Positions 1 to 13,721 of a DNA stretch of 60,000 bases are shown piece after piece; within the stretch, counting starts at the first letter, position 1; each line of letters starts with the position of its first letter. The notes under the pieces were generated by a model. The model searched no databases, had not been told where the DNA came from, and was given only the letters and a program-made list of their open reading frames with translations. A program made the translations under genes and the position numbers. Source of the stretch: Botryllus schlosseri (Eukaryota); the NCBI GenBank assembly GCA_051294905.1, contig CM119371.1, positions 22,198,001 through 22,258,000 on the forward strand, given 5' to 3'.

Positions 1-303
1 AGACAACACAGGGATCTCCTAGAAAATGATCGGGAAGAAAATTCTTTCCGCGATGAGATCGATGACACTGGCGAAGTGATCTCTTTTCATGATGCATGGA
101 AGGCGGTTCGGCCCTCCAAAGATTTTGAAGCTCTAAAAACCTTTTGTGGATAACTGGCAACATTCTTTCCCTAAACGGCTACTGTTGAAGCCGATATTTC
201 CCAGATTCGCTGGGCGAGAAATGAATTTAGGAGAAACTTAGCTGACCTGAGTTTGGAAGCACTGTTACAGTGCAAACGATTTAAGTCTATTCAACAGCTA
301 TAA
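1..303 (+). pseudogene. Decayed hAT-like transposase, C-terminal dimerisation region (5' part outside window)
   Basis: Frame 1 reads ...SFHDAWKAV...FEALKTFCG*LATFFP*TATVEADISQIRWARNEFRRNLADLSLEALLQCKRFKSIQQL*. This follows the hAT dimerisation layout (W...P.T...E..FS...R..L) and carries two in-frame stops. Confidence 0.7.
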
Positions 304-644
304 CAATCAGCTGTTTCGCGTGTTTGTTAGGCTTTTTTTCGCTTATTGGCACCGATTCCGATGGATACTGCACATTTTGTGGTTTCGTTTGATATTATTA
401 ACCTATGAAATCGTTAGGTTTTTTCTTCTTCTTATTGTTTGTTGGCACTGATTATACGAGGATGCTGCACATTTTGTGGTGTCTTTTGACAAACTAGCCC
501 AAATAAAGCGTTTTTGTGACTAATTCAAGGCTGATACTATCTATTTAGAGGTCGATGCCAAAACTGCCAAAAATAAAAATCGAAAAATGCCAAAAATAAG
601 TTATTTTTGGCAGTTTTGGCATGTGCCAAAAATAACACGGCCTG
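1..644 (+). mobile_element. 3' end of hAT element with subterminal repeats and TIR
   Basis: The transposase remnant is followed by a diverged direct duplication (~325-410 / ~413-490), then clustered GCCAAAA/TTTTGGC motifs (557-633), then the terminus ...AATAACACGGCCTG (reverse complement CAGG...). Confidence 0.6.
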
Positions 645-844
645 GTTTTAGTGGAATAGATGATATCAAAAGGAGCGAAAAAAGTTACCTTTTTAATGAG
701 GACACTTTATAGCTTAAGCTACATAGTAGCCAATTTGTTGCGCATCTGAACAAAATGTTGTTAAGTAACTTCATCTTCTTTTTGCATAACAATTTTCGGT
801 TAGTTTGTGCGAATGAAATTTATTTTACAAAAAAAGTGCGAATG

Positions 845-870
845 GAGCTCAAAAAGGTTGAAAAGCACTG
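845..870. mobile_element. Right terminus of a hAT-type MITE
   Basis: AAAAAGGTTGAAAAGCACTG resembles the right end of the 8590-9530 element (AAAAAGGTTGAGAACCACTG). Confidence 0.45.
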
Positions 871-2379
871 CTCTAGTTGTTATAAGAATCGTACTTTCTT
901 CATGACAGACACGAAACTGACTCTCACTCTCTCACTTTCGAAAGTCAACTTCAAACTGCTAGCGATGGAAGGCAGTTTATTTTCGTCCGCATAATCGCGG
1001 TGCTTTGACGATTAATACACGCAAAGTAACACTACCAATTTCCCTCCCCAATGCTAGGACTTTAGCCTACACCCGATAACATTGCTTATGATAAGTGCGT
1101 TCGAAAAGACTGATAATAAACGTTCGATAGGTGAATATTTTAATAGTATGACGAGTGGTACTTCTTTCGAAAGTGGCACGTCGTCTGCGATCCGGGAATT
1201 TGGCATGCGACCCTCAGATTGGTATTGTCCTTATATAAAAGTCAGCCATGCGCTCAGTATCGTTTCACTAATGCCACAAATTGTCGTAAAATCTGACTAC
1301 AATGCAGAATAAGTGCGCAGTTCATATAATAATCTGGGTCGCGTCTAATCACATTTACGGCGGAATTAGGGGCCAGAACATTGTGCTGTTGTGTATATGC
1401 TTTCGAATCGCTCGAATATGGTGACTTTTAGCCGTAGAGACTCTGCATTACAGAGGTATCACAATGTCCTACACTTCAAGTACCTTTACATTGTTTTATA
1501 GGTGGTTTTATGTGAGTGTTGAGCTATCCTAGCACTACTCTCAGATTTCTTGAGAGCTGGAACCGAAGAATGGGCACGTCTCAATCGAAAAGGCGAAAAA
1601 AATCTGGTGAGTACCGAGTAAAGATTTTTGGTAATATTTAAACTAACCGCATGGAGTCGCGAGAGGATATAGCTAAATATTTCTGCAGGTGTGGTGAAGG
1701 CGGGGTTATCATAGCCCTGAGTAGGTATAGTAGAAATTGCATCAAAGCTGATTCGAATCACATGCTGAGAATTTGGCTCGAATCGAATCGAGTCACCGCT
1801 CTCAAATACTATTTTATTGATCGAAATTTACATCGAATTGAAATTCAAAGCGATTTGCTTAGTGAAACACATAGAACAAACGAAATAATAAAATATTTAT
1901 GGACCCTACATGACCAGTGGCATTGCTTCCAGACGCGGAACGAATCTTTTGGAAGACGTAAGGGTAGCTGGGAATTGCAGATATTTATTCGCCTGATTTG
2001 AAAATCAACAAAAACTTACCAGTTGAATGGATTTGCTCAAGTGTAATTCTTCACTATTCAAATACACCGCCATGCCTCATCATTCCTTGTCACCGTATTT
2101 TTCATTATATGGGAGAATTTCTATTTGATTAATGATCAGTTCCTTATCCATTGGATGAGCGTATGCGCGATCGATACCTTTACCTTCATAATTTATGATC
2201 GAGGTTGATGGCAACAACATTAGCATGATTGAGCATAATACATGGGTGCGTTGAACGATAACAAAATTTAAGTGCTTTTGTGCATTATTGTTTCCAAGGA
2301 TCCCAGAGTGAGAGATCGACCCATACCAAGTCAATTACCTGATATAACTGTACACAGTGTACAGTGTACAGTGTGGTGG

Positions 2380-2835
2380 CTCTTGGACAAGACACCCGAG
2401 TCAGACTCAAGTCGTAAACTCGACTTGACTCGTGTAATTTCATTAAAAATAGAAAATACCTCCACTCGACTCTAGTCGATTTGTGTACTCGAACAAGTCA
2501 TCTGACTCGACAAATTCTACATGACTTGTTCCTGTCTCACATATATCTAGTTCGACAATAGAAAAATAGGTTTTGAATCTGTCTTTAATCTGTTTGAATA
2601 AACATGTTTCGAGTGGGAAAATAAGTACAATATGAATCCCAGACCATCGATATCACCCCAATAGTTTCACAGATGTGAGTTAAACCTGACTGGAACTCTA
2701 TACTGAACACTAAATACTATGGCTTGAACTCGGACTCGAGTCTCAACATTAGGACTTCACTCGATGTTAAATTGAAGATTACTCAACTTGACTCGAGTCA
2801 AAACGACAAAAGTCCAATTTACTTGGGACTCTGGA
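2380..2835. mobile_element. Degenerate MITE with GACTCGAGTC/GACTTGA subterminal motifs
   Basis: Clusters of gactc/gagtc motifs at both ends; same motif vocabulary as 37023-37531. Confidence 0.45.
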
Positions 2836-3346
2836 CCTTTTGACTTTGTTACAACCCCGCTTTAAGATTTCCTTCTCGCGAAAACTAATTATCGAATCTG
2901 CACATAGCAGGGGTGGTCAGACCACTATCATGCTCAACCGCACATCAAAAAAACTTAATTTTGAAAAAGTCCTTACACAAAACATCAAAGGGACAATTTA
3001 TTCATTCACAATGAGGCGTGGGCTACCTAATAATGATAATATTATTGTGTGGTTATGGTTTAACTGTGAGTCCGCACCGCGAACGCAATGCATATGAAAT
3101 TGGGCTGACGTGAAGATATGGCGGCAGTGCGTAGCGTTGTCCAAGTTTGTGTTTGTCGAAATTGAGTGATGCCTTAACCTGATAAATTTATTCCGCCATG
3201 AAATTTATCGACTCGACAACAGTAGTTTATTCTGGTGAAATTAAAATCAGTCGAATACCTGTTTTGTCAGGTACGAGTTATGGGGTTAGGAACTTTTTTT
3301 CCAGATCTCCAGCGTAGTGAAACGTTAAACTTTAAGTTTTTGCGAT

Positions 3347-4175
3347 TAGGGGCGGGCAACTTCTCCTGTCTACAGGCCGGATATGAGAAAATGAAGTACT
3401 TGGCGGACCAAATTCATGAGTCGATACATGTTTCGCCGATTTATCTACACATACAAGGAATAATCGTATCAATGAATGTTAACTTCAAGTCCATTAAGCA
3501 TTGAGACCAAACACAGAATTCAATGAATTTATTGGCGAAATATCCCTTGAATTCTTTAGGACATTTGTGGTCGATCAAAGCTGTCAATAAGTTAATTAAA
3601 CGCCGGTTAAAGCCTTCGTAAATACTGCACGTGCACGTCAGTCAGATTAGAACGCGGCATTGTGTTGTTAATGCACAAGGTCGAAAATGTTGGTTCGCAA
3701 ATATATGTAGACCCGTACAAAACAAGTAGTTTCATGGCCATCTTTCTCAGGTTGGCAAACTTGGATTCATTCAGTGACGCATAAAATTTGTCAATGCTTT
3801 CAAATTGGAATTTCTGTTTCCAGGTAGATTCACATTGCAGATTATTCAACGCTTGGTGCAATTCTTGATTTCAAGGCGTTCGATAAGCCCGGTTTATCCT
3901 AAATTTACCAAGATATCAATTCATTAGGGTTGAGTAGGCCAACACCGTAAATGCCGAAAATGCAAGTCTTCTGGATTGGACGAACTTATGCGTAAGCTCC
4001 ACACTCTGCCAATCAAAATAGAATCACTAAATGTTGACGTAGTAAGTAAGTAGCTGGGCCTGGGAATATCGGCAGACTGCCACAGTATTATGTAGGACGG
4101 AGAACTGTCCGCGGGCCAGACAAAATCCCGTCGTGGGCCGGATCCGGCGCGCGGGCCGTATGTTGCCCGCCCCTG
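3347..4175 (-). mobile_element. Internally deleted Charlie/SPIN-type hAT element
   Basis: TIRs (T)AGGGGCGGGCAAC and GTTGCCCGCCCCTG; GCGGGCC subterminal motifs at 4110-4160; encloses a transposase fragment. TSD not preserved. Confidence 0.7.
3607..3861 (-). pseudogene. Charlie/GTF2IRD2-like hAT transposase C-terminal fragment
   Basis: FYASLNESKFANLRKMAMKLLVLYGSTYICEPTFS...RSNLTD matches the Charlie-group FGSTYxCEQxFS...RSxLTD motif. Confidence 0.85.
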
Positions 4176-4389
4176 ACATAGATACACAGTAAGGATAATA
4201 CGCATCATTGTTCACTGGAAGTTGAATGTGACCTGTGCTACTGCCATTAATTAATTATCAAGTTCATTGCTGATTACTAGGCCCCATTGAAATGTTCATA
4301 TCAACTCGATTCGAGAGTTTAATTGCTCCATTATAACCCGATATAGACGCACTTCCATAAATTTTCCAATCGGTACTCATACGCTTAAG

Positions 4390-4587
4390 CAGTGGTTCTT
4401 AAATTTTTTTTGACACTCCCCCTTTATGATAGTGAAAAATGCCGCGCCCCCGAGAATTCTCATATGAAATTCGGGCTTTACAATGAGCAAAAACTACGTG
4501 TTGGAGGTAGTAAATCGCGCGAAGTAGACCGCAGTTTCGCGCCCCCCTCCTTCAGATGCTTTCATGACCCCAGTTTGAGAACCACTG
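4390..4587. mobile_element. hAT MITE (~200 bp)
   Basis: Ends CAGTGGTTCT...AGAACCACTG; flanks CGCTTAAG / CGCTAAG (TSD with 1-nt loss). Confidence 0.75.
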
Positions 4588-7500
4588 CGCTAAGCAAGAA
4601 ATAAGAAGTCTTAGAATGCATTGGTTTATAATTTGGTTGAACGGATAACCTCTCGGCAATATGGGGAAATACATGGCACAATGTACATTTCGCATTAAGT
4701 GACCATTAAAGCCGCAATCGAAGACCGCTGTGTGGCCACCCCTGCCATATGGTTCACCTTCAAGGAGTTCGGCCCGGAATTGACAGACAAGTCACAGAAA
4801 TGAATCTCACTTCATGTATCTGAGAGAATTATAGTTTATACAAATCCCCTCGTTAACATATAATATAAGTAACTTTCATAGCTCAACTAGCCAACAGCGA
4901 TGTTAAATTATGCCGTATTGGTGTATTATGCCGTATTGGTGTACGTACGAAGGAGTAAGGTATGTGTTTCACAAAGTATTGGTTTAAACGTGATATAGCG
5001 GTCTCGTATGGCTCCAATATAGCCTCTCATCAGATATTAAGCATGCCGGTATCGCCTGACAGGCTTTTAAGGGCTCTCGAGTCGGCGATTGAGTAAACAA
5101 TCAGAGCTTGATCGCTCCTCAAAGTATGATAGGCTATATTCTTTACCGGAATTATATTGAATAGACGAGTCGAATTCGCAGTAAAGCTATCGTTTCCGGG
5201 ACTTGTGTGAGACTGAGGCAATGTTGAAGGGTATGGTAAAGACGAGCCTATGACATCACGTAGTATTACGAACGATCGGACGATGGACAGGACGTTACCT
5301 ACTTTCCGTCAAGCGCAATAGAATTCTGATACAGTGACGAAAGGCAATCGGTAATATTGATATCATTTACGTAGCCATGATGTCAATTTAATGGTGAGTT
5401 CTGCATCGATAAAACACTTCAAATTATAGAACACATAACTTAGTATTAGCTTGCATGCCACTGTATGCAATATTTCATGTCGTGTAACTGAGGTATTGTA
5501 AACCTACCGATGAGTTTCTCAATCGTAGAACTCAGCTTCTCGGGAGGCCGCCGGCTCAGCGTCTGAAGGACAACATTTACCCGCGTCTGAGATTTACTAG
5601 GATAACGGCGGGCTTTCGATATGGTAAATTGCCGCAGCGCGCTTGATATACTTCGACGAAGCACAATTTACCTTCTCGACTTCTCGAGTCGCACCAATTA
5701 CTGCTACGGGTCTCGGTCGATCTATTCGATTGATTTTAGATTAGCCATAGTTTGAAACACCAGCGTGTACGATCATGATATTGTAGCGACTGGACTGGAT
5801 GTTCCCTATTATGTACTATATATCATGTTGTAGTAATGCTCCAATGTCCATGATGGTTCCAGTCGTACAAACATATCTGATGATTCCTTTACTGACGTGA
5901 TATGCAGCCCACTTCAGTTTCGGGCTAATGTACGACGCTGGTCAGTGTCACACAGCTTTGGCGGTAAAGACCCTTATCCACGCGCTCTGCAAGTCAGTTA
6001 TCTGAGCTTACTCTTACTCACGGTTTACCTTTTCCTGTGTTATTTCTAATCGCCAATGCGATTATTATCGTCACACTTACCACTAAACGACCTGGTTAGT
6101 TCTGTTTTACGAAAATGTCGGGAAATATTTTTTGGAGGGCAACTTATCCTTGCCGCGGCCGAGAAGAAGCAGATATGATACGAACAAATCAGAGTCGCGT
6201 TCCGGATATGAAGCTAGTAATTCAAGGTCAAATACAAATTGTGATTTGATTTCATTTCGTGTCGTGTCGAATCTCCATTTCCAACAGCGATTACAAGTCG
6301 AAAAATACATGCATGTCGTGCAAGTTCGATAATCTAGACATGGTCCAGCAAAAATCGTCCAGTCCAACTCCAAACCCCAATCAACGCTCAATAGCTAGTA
6401 TCCGAGTAAAGGCCTAGAAGGCGTCATCTTTTAATATTGAATGAAATGGGCTTGATTTCGTATCAGTCTCTATGCATGATTCTTCAGCTTTAGGACTTGT
6501 GTGCTAACAAATATGCATGTATTATTAAGGTTCCGTGGTCAGTGGTTTGGTGAATAAGGAATGACGGAATTTTGTCGAGTGAGAAAGAGTATATTGTTAT
6601 GGAAATATCCAACATCACTAGACCGTATTCTGCGTAATTCGCACCTCGTGTGCAAAGTACATTTCTACATAGCTGGGGTGATGTCACGTCTCAATCACGT
6701 TACACAGCTTATCAATCAAGTGGTCGCAATTGATGTCTTGCGCTAATTAGATGATTCTGGTATCATCTATTCATGGTCTTGCGATATATAGTAACACGAA
6801 ACCGTAGTAGTTTGTAACGCGGGAGTAACTGTTGGAAATTGAAATTCGATAATATGGGAGATGTAATGACACCATTCAATCAATTGCTAACTATAATGTA
6901 AAACATGTTTACAATGGTGGGCTGGCACGCAATTACTTGTCATTTTACTCGGTTTTCACCGGGTCAGGCCTGCGGAATTTCGGGAATTGTTGTGGCCTTC
7001 CACGAACACTTCTCGAACACGAATCTGAACAAACTAGTGTGGTTGAAACTTGGCGTATAGTTTCCAAATGTATTTTGCTCGCATCCGTTTTGACGCCACT
7101 GTCCTTGTTGCGTAATCATGATGACGTGACGTTACTCCATTGTCCAAAGTTGACTGCTGACATTAACGTGATTGCTATTTTTGATCAAAACCTTGTAATG
7201 AAAGATATTGATACAGCAGGTTTTGTTTTTGGAATAGTGTGCTTTAGCGCTTCTCCACTGTTAGTGTTATCGGCACTTGAGCACCCGAAACAAAACAAGG
7301 CCAACTAAGTTACAACCGTGAAAGTTGAGTCACGAATCGTAGACGCGGTAAAAAGAAAGAATCTTGACATTTCTCCGAAATTTTTGACGGTCTCTCATTT
7401 CAGTATGACATATTGTCCACCGATATCTTTGATCGTGTATCACCAGTGATCAGTGTAACATAGGCATTAGAATAACCTCGATCGCATGTGTGAATGCGTC

Positions 7501-7625
7501 CTTCCTAGCATTAGATATACGAAGCAGTGTTCTTCTGGAGATCGTGGATCAATGTGCACTGTGCAGTTAGCAGTCCTCGGCGCAGTATTATTGCCAGCCG
7601 TATAATTAACGACTATCGACTATAG

Positions 7626-8333
7626 CAGGGGTGGGCAATTATTTTCCTCCGCGGGCCAAATGAGAAAAATAAATACGTTGGCGCGCCGAGTGAAAAATTC
7701 AGCTATGTTCTTCAGCGTATTTATTTGTATATTTCTAAATAATATTGTTAAAAATGATACTCTATGATTGTGTTGATATTAGGTAATAAGAAAGTGACGG
7801 TTAATTAAAAAAGTATCTATTAGCTGTCATGATTCGAAACAATGTTAAACATGATACATTTTAGCTCTCTTTAACCCCCATCCACTCTAAAACAGTGGTT
7901 TTAAAACATTTTTAGGCACTTCTCCCTTTATGATAGTGAACAATTTCGGGAACACTCATCATGATATCACAAAATATTAAAAAGTGCAACCAGAATGCTA
8001 GCAATCCCAACGGATAATTTGATGGCATGGAAGATTATGGCTGTTGATGAGAGAATTTTGAAATATCAAAGTCGGACAATACACAGAGCAACAACTAGAA
8101 GCTGGGTTATATCGCACTTCGGCTTCGCGTCACCCTTCTGATGCTTTCACGTCACTCAGTTCGAGGGCCACTGCACTGAAATGTATATGCAATAGTACAA
8201 AGCTTATTTTCTTTATCGCTGCCTTCCGAGCAGTGTGCAGGGCAAATAGCCTTTATGTTGAGCGAAGCTTTAATTAAAATCGCTATACTTGCCGACATAA
8301 TCGGTTAAAACTGAAAGGATGGGTTCACCCCTG
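7626..8333. mobile_element. Degenerate hAT MITE hosting a nested element
   Basis: The left end CAGGGGTGGGCAA...GCGGGCCAAATGAGAAAA resembles the 3347 end; putative right end ...TTCACCCCTG. Confidence 0.45.
7893..8173. mobile_element. hAT MITE, relative of 4390-4587
   Basis: Starts CAGTGGTT, shares CCCTTTATGATAGTGAA and GATGCTTTCA with 4390-4587, and ends ...CCACTG. Confidence 0.6.
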
Positions 8334-8589
8334 ACTCCAGTATGCGAATATTTAGTACTCTAAATTCTAAACCTAAACCTTCATTGAATTTATTTTTTCG
8401 ACTTTCTTTTGTGTGCATGTTCGTTGATCCTTTATGGGTTATAGATATGATGAGTCATATATAGTAATCGTGAGCGTTGATTGTCTTTATCACGAATTAG
8501 GGATTTGGAAACATATCACGTCACAAATTGAAACAGACGCCGTATAATGCGTAATGTGACAATGTCAACAAGGAAGGTTTGAACTAGAC

Positions 8590-9530
8590 CAGTGGTTCTC
8601 AACCGGGCGTCCGCGGACTCCTGGGGGTCCGTGAAGCATTTTCAGGGGGTCCGCGAAGCCTCTGAATTTTTAAAATGATCGTCAACATACTTTTTATTTA
8701 TTTTAATTAGGAAAAGCAGGAGCCAGTTTCGCTTCATAATTGCTCAGAATTTATGACTCGCATCATCGAAATGGTCGTCTGAGATAAAATATCCGAATGT
8801 GCAAATTCATTTTAATTGTCAATTTTTCAATAGCCTGCTGATGCAAACCTATTGCTGTTTAGAGATTTTTGTTAGGGTTTGTGAATAAATGAAATGTTGG
8901 AGATAGCAAGGTCAAGCAGGGTGACTTCTAAAAGTTTGCAAAACATTTTGGATTTGGAGTTATCAGTCTCAGCAAATTGGTAACCAGTCGTCTGAAATAT
9001 AAATTCCTGAATTTTTTTCCTAATCTGCCCCAATGAAGGAATTGAAACCTCGCCACGAAATCCATTTTCTCCTGTGATATAACCACTAAATAACTTCAAT
9101 ATAAGATGCTAGATAGAAATGACTAGGCTGGACGTGATATGTTCATTAAAAACTCACAACAAATGCCGTCGTCGGAGGCGTTACGCGGTAATATTACATT
9201 CGCCACCAATATATCTTTGTGGAACTGGAAATGGATTTTGGCCACTCATTCATATCGAATCGAAGACGAGAATTTCCAATACAATAAATACAGCTGGAAA
9301 ATTCATTTCGAAATAATAAAAGCCAGGCCAATTTTCACATATAGTATGGAGTTATTTTCAAGAAAAGTCATTTTGTGGCTATTTCTCACTAGCCTACAAT
9401 TAATATTTGCACAAGACAGATGACGGTTGCACGATAATTGAGCTAATTTTGAACGAAAACTTGAGGAGGTCCGCGGGGTCTGTGACGGTCCAAAAGGGGT
9501 CCACGAACACAAAAAGGTTGAGAACCACTG
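8590..9530. mobile_element. Non-autonomous hAT element (941 bp)
   Basis: TIRs CAGTGGTTCTCAACC / GGTTGAGAACCACTG; perfect 8-bp TSD AACTAGAC; GGGGTCCG subterminal repeats. Confidence 0.92.
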
Positions 9531-9762
9531 AACTAGACTATATGGAAAGAGTGATTTCTTGTGACTTCAGTTGCTATACTCACACTTTGCCACATTGCCT
9601 TTATTTTGAATCTGGATTACGCATGTCAGGTACGTAGGCAGTGTAATCGTGGCATATTAATAAACAGGCTTCAAAGTAAACGAATTTCCTGTTCATTTGA
9701 TACAGCCTATGGTGTTATCCATTAAAAAAGCAAGTTTTATGTTTTGAATTCGAAGCAACCTT

Positions 9763-9829
9763 TCGCGGGCCGCACAGAATAGCATCGCGGGCCGCATTTG
9801 ACCCGCGGGCCGCACTTTGCCCAGGTCTG
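9763..9829. mobile_element. Solo right end of a Charlie-type element
   Basis: Three GCGGGCCGCA motifs ending in TTTGCCCAGGTCTG. Confidence 0.55.
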
Positions 9830-12020
9830 GACTATAGACTAGTATTACAACTTGACTAGTACCAAGCCAATGCTGATTGTCAACATCCATTTTCTGTAGC
9901 GTGTCGCGGACTTCTCTCCGTGGGAAGAAATTATCTCTTTCCTTTCACCTGCCGGTGGCTACGGTTCACCGCGCTTCATAACAAATGTCACTCTCGGCCG
10001 AAGCCTTCCGATGAAACTTCATCAAATTACTGGCAAAGTTACGCTACGCAATTCTACTACACCGTGCTAGGTTTCTGCAATTAGTGCCTTGCAGCAAACG
10101 GCAATCCTTTTTGGCTATAACCTGTTCTCATTCTGATGAATCACCGAATCGCCTGGCAGCTTAGGATCTGCAGGCAAGGCGGCTTGCGGTGTATCATGCT
10201 GTTGTTCAGTAATGTTGCGATATGATTTGTACTCGTTAACAATGTCAAGGTATATGTCAAAGTGTATATGCATAAGAATGCTATTTGTAGAAATTCGCAA
10301 TATATAATAATCTGTGAAAACAGACTTTGGATCACGCCAATCCTGTTTTATTTCTCTATCTCAGTTGATATAGTTAGGTGTCGCAAATAAGCGCTAGCGT
10401 CCAGCTCTCGGCAATGATTCACCGATCTTACGACTGTGCAAACCAACTAAGAAAATTTACTTGGGGGTGATACATGGGGGTGATTGTGTCACGTTTAAAG
10501 TATTTCACTTGCCGGTATTTGAGATATCACGCTTCGAGGGTAGTGAATGTGACTGAGTTGGTCTTCGAATGTCTTTTCTACTCTCGCGAGAATCTTTTAT
10601 AGTAAACGTAGTGTTTCTGACAGGTATGTAACCTTATAACAGTCGTGTTAGGACATCGCATCGTGTGTATTTGTTCGAACTACACAGAGCACATACCTCT
10701 TGTGCGAGCTATTCATAACGAGACGAGGGCAATAGGTTTAGCTTAATGTATTGCGAAAGTATGGTATCCTTTTATACGATCGCGTCAATCGATGTTTGAT
10801 ATTTGATAGTAACGATAGAGTTTAAGGCATCGATTTGAAAGTGGAGATTTCTATGATGTATGCTAGTTTTACGAGTTCATTTTTGTAAGTATAGGTTTTC
10901 TGAGATTTGAAATATATGTGTTATGGAAACCATGCTCTGTCTGATACCGCCTTAATTGCGCAGGCCGTGGTCGTGGTCAGTGTTTTATTTTGCGCTGATC
11001 GCACAAGGACCCCAATGCGTGCATTTTACAGTAACTAACTTAAGTAGGTTACACTACGTTATATACGAATTTTCATTTATATCAGTCGTTAACTTGGGTC
11101 AGAACTGTTCAAACTATGGAATCCTTTATTTGCGATCCGGACTGTACATTCAATGGTTTAGCGGTTAATCGTGCCCAACGCGCAAAGTTATCTATTTCAA
11201 ATCTAGAAGCTGTTTAGTGTCTTGTCTTCCGGGCGATATCACCATGAGAGAAACCCAGATTTTGTGCGTATCACGTCGGCTTTCTCTAGTAGAAAAACCA
11301 ACGGGAACTCAACCATGTCTGTCTTAGAAGTCCACCGTATTCGGCACTCGAGATTGAGGAATCCAAGTCCAGGTATAATCCGGTTCCGAACAACTTGCAG
11401 GATAATTTTTCGGTTATGATCCAGTATCCCAATCCTGTACGATGTGCGTCTCTATTACGTTGCACTATTTAGCATCCATTCTCTGACTTTGCATTCCTAA
11501 AATAGGTACTACGCATATCGTGTTTCTGTACACAATGCGTATTATGGTGTCACGAAGTACGTTGGCAGCGGTGGGGCTTCAACTACTGTACTTGCTGTAG
11601 ATATTTTATCTAAAGATACGGTCGATTTTAGTCGAGCGTGCGTGTAAAAGTTATACAAAATTTATAAGCTTTACGCAGTGAATTTATTTTCATGCACAAT
11701 TCGACCGTCATGCACTACACTCCGCGTATATAACACGATCTAAAATTCTTTTTGGAGCGTTCGGTTGGAAGCTAGTGCAACTATGAAATGGTAGGATTAT
11801 CTTGTGTTTATGCGTGCTAATCCCTCGCCTAAATCATATCTAGATCCGCCATGCGTTGCGGTTGTTTAAAAAAGGTTATGCTTTTATGTGGCGTTTAGTA
11901 GGTTACTGTGGTTCTCGAATGCAGTAAGCTTGAATAATCGTCGTGGCAAGATGACAGTTATCTGACAACACGGCCGGATTTGTAGATATTGAAGATGACT
12001 GGTTTATTGACACCGTATCA

Positions 12021-13499
12021 CAGGGGTTCTCAACCCGCGGCCCGCGGGCCGCATGCGGCCCGCAGACGTTCATTTTGCGGCCCGCGACATCTTTCATCAT
12101 GAACGCAATTATTAGTGGCACGGTATTGTTACACATCAATTTAGCTACTTGGTTCTCTTATCTCACCGTCTCTGTTTCATTGATTACTCATTCTCTGATG
12201 TGTTCTGGATTCTTGATATATGCTCGAGTTTAGATTGTTATTGCTTTAAATCGCTATTCGGCTGGACTCTTGTTCAAGGGGCCCCACTTCGTAGTACAAG
12301 AGTGTTTCACTCACCGCGAATGATTTGAACAGAAACAAGAACAAGGATCGGTACAATAAACGTCGAAAACTGGGTTTGTAACTCTGCGCGCAACAATGAA
12401 TTTGCTTTCTCGGATATTAACGGAAAACCAATGTGTCATATTTGTCGAAGAACACTTGTAGTAAAGAAGGGTTGAAGCTTACAATGGTACCACGACAGTT
12501 TCTTCTGGAGTTGTACATATCACCTGATCTTAGAAAAAACGCTGCTACCTAGGTGTCAAACCAAGCAATTCAATTCAATTCACATTGTTAAAATTGCCGA
12601 CGACGTTACAGACGCATCGTTCAAAATTGATTGGAATATCGCTAAACCAAAGAAATCTGCCAGAGAAGGTGTATTTCAATTAAACTTTAACATACTGTGA
12701 GAATATTCGCTGTTTCCGGCGCTTAGCACCAAGGACAACATCTCCTGACAAATTTCGACGCTACAGTTGTCTGATTCAACCGTGACCAGATGAGTAACAG
12801 CAATGTCAGTCGATATTTTACCGCGTGTTCTGAAGCACGTTGCCGCGAAGACTACTCTAGCCCCGCATTGGACTAATCCACTGGCTCCACATACATTGCA
12901 GAGCTAATTATCTGGGCACATTTATGAGAGTGGGCATATTTGCAGACGAAATGCTACGGGGAAAAAGGGGGGAGGGACCAGCGAAAAACATCAACTTGTT
13001 AAAGCTTACTTTTGAAACTATGGAATGAAAGGAGATGAAGGGTTGATTGGTTTGCCCAGAAATGACCCCAAACGCCAGACTTCTTATATATTTGCGAGCT
13101 TAAGGTGATAATTGCCTCAGTACCGAAAAAGTGACAGTAATTTAATGCTTGCTCGCTCACGCATTAAAACATAGAGTTCGGTTCTCTGGTGGAAGAGTTC
13201 GAAGGTGCATATAACGACTTGGTAACGAATGCAATGCAAGCTCCATGAAGGGTGTTACTTGCGCCGCTGGAAGATACTTATTCTCACAAAAATACAGCAA
13301 CTGCAAACTTACGAACGCCGCCCATCAATGCTTTGGAATTCATAAAAATGTCCTAAATGCCCGTATACGATTGGTAGATAGGCTACAGAAACCCAAATCT
13401 AATAGTAGCCCAAAATACATGGTTATAATGTTCTGCGGCCCGCAGCGTCATTTACTGTTGAAATGCGGCCCGTTATACAACGGAAGTTGAGAACCCCTG
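12021..13499 (+). mobile_element. Deleted Charlie-group hAT element (1479 bp)
   Basis: TIRs CAGGGGTTCTCAAC / GTTGAGAACCCCTG; perfect TSD CCGTATCA; GCGGCCCGC subterminal motifs. Confidence 0.93.
12396..12920 (+). pseudogene. Decayed Charlie (ZBED5/SCAND3/GTF2IRD2-like) transposase, N-terminal half
   Basis: Fragments in shifting frames, with stops: NEFAFSDINGKPMCHIC (zinc finger), TDASFKIDWNIAKPKKS, LQLSDSTVTR, and ALD*STGSTYIAELII (first catalytic D, DEST motif). Confidence 0.8.
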
Positions 13500-13721
13500 C
13501 CGTATCAGAACTGAGCAGTGACTGCGGAACTACAGTGTAATCAGATTTTACGCCGTATAGACGCGCTAACAATTATGTAGAGTACATACACTCGGTTGTA
13601 ATCTAACATTTATGTAATTATTTCATGCCTCAATGCAATGGGATGGACAATTCTTGTCACAAAGAGTTGAATTTGTATGTCTACTGAATGTGGGTATAAA
13701 TTTTGTGTGTAGACTTTTATC

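Noticed and set aside
2908..4744. Large outer hAT element (CAGGGGTGGTCA...TGGCCACCCCTG) enclosing two others
   Set aside because: The ends are complementary but the flanks do not form a TSD, so pairing is unsupported.
6937..7308. 123-aa plus ORF
   Set aside because: No ATG start, no recognisable motif and no convincing splice sites.
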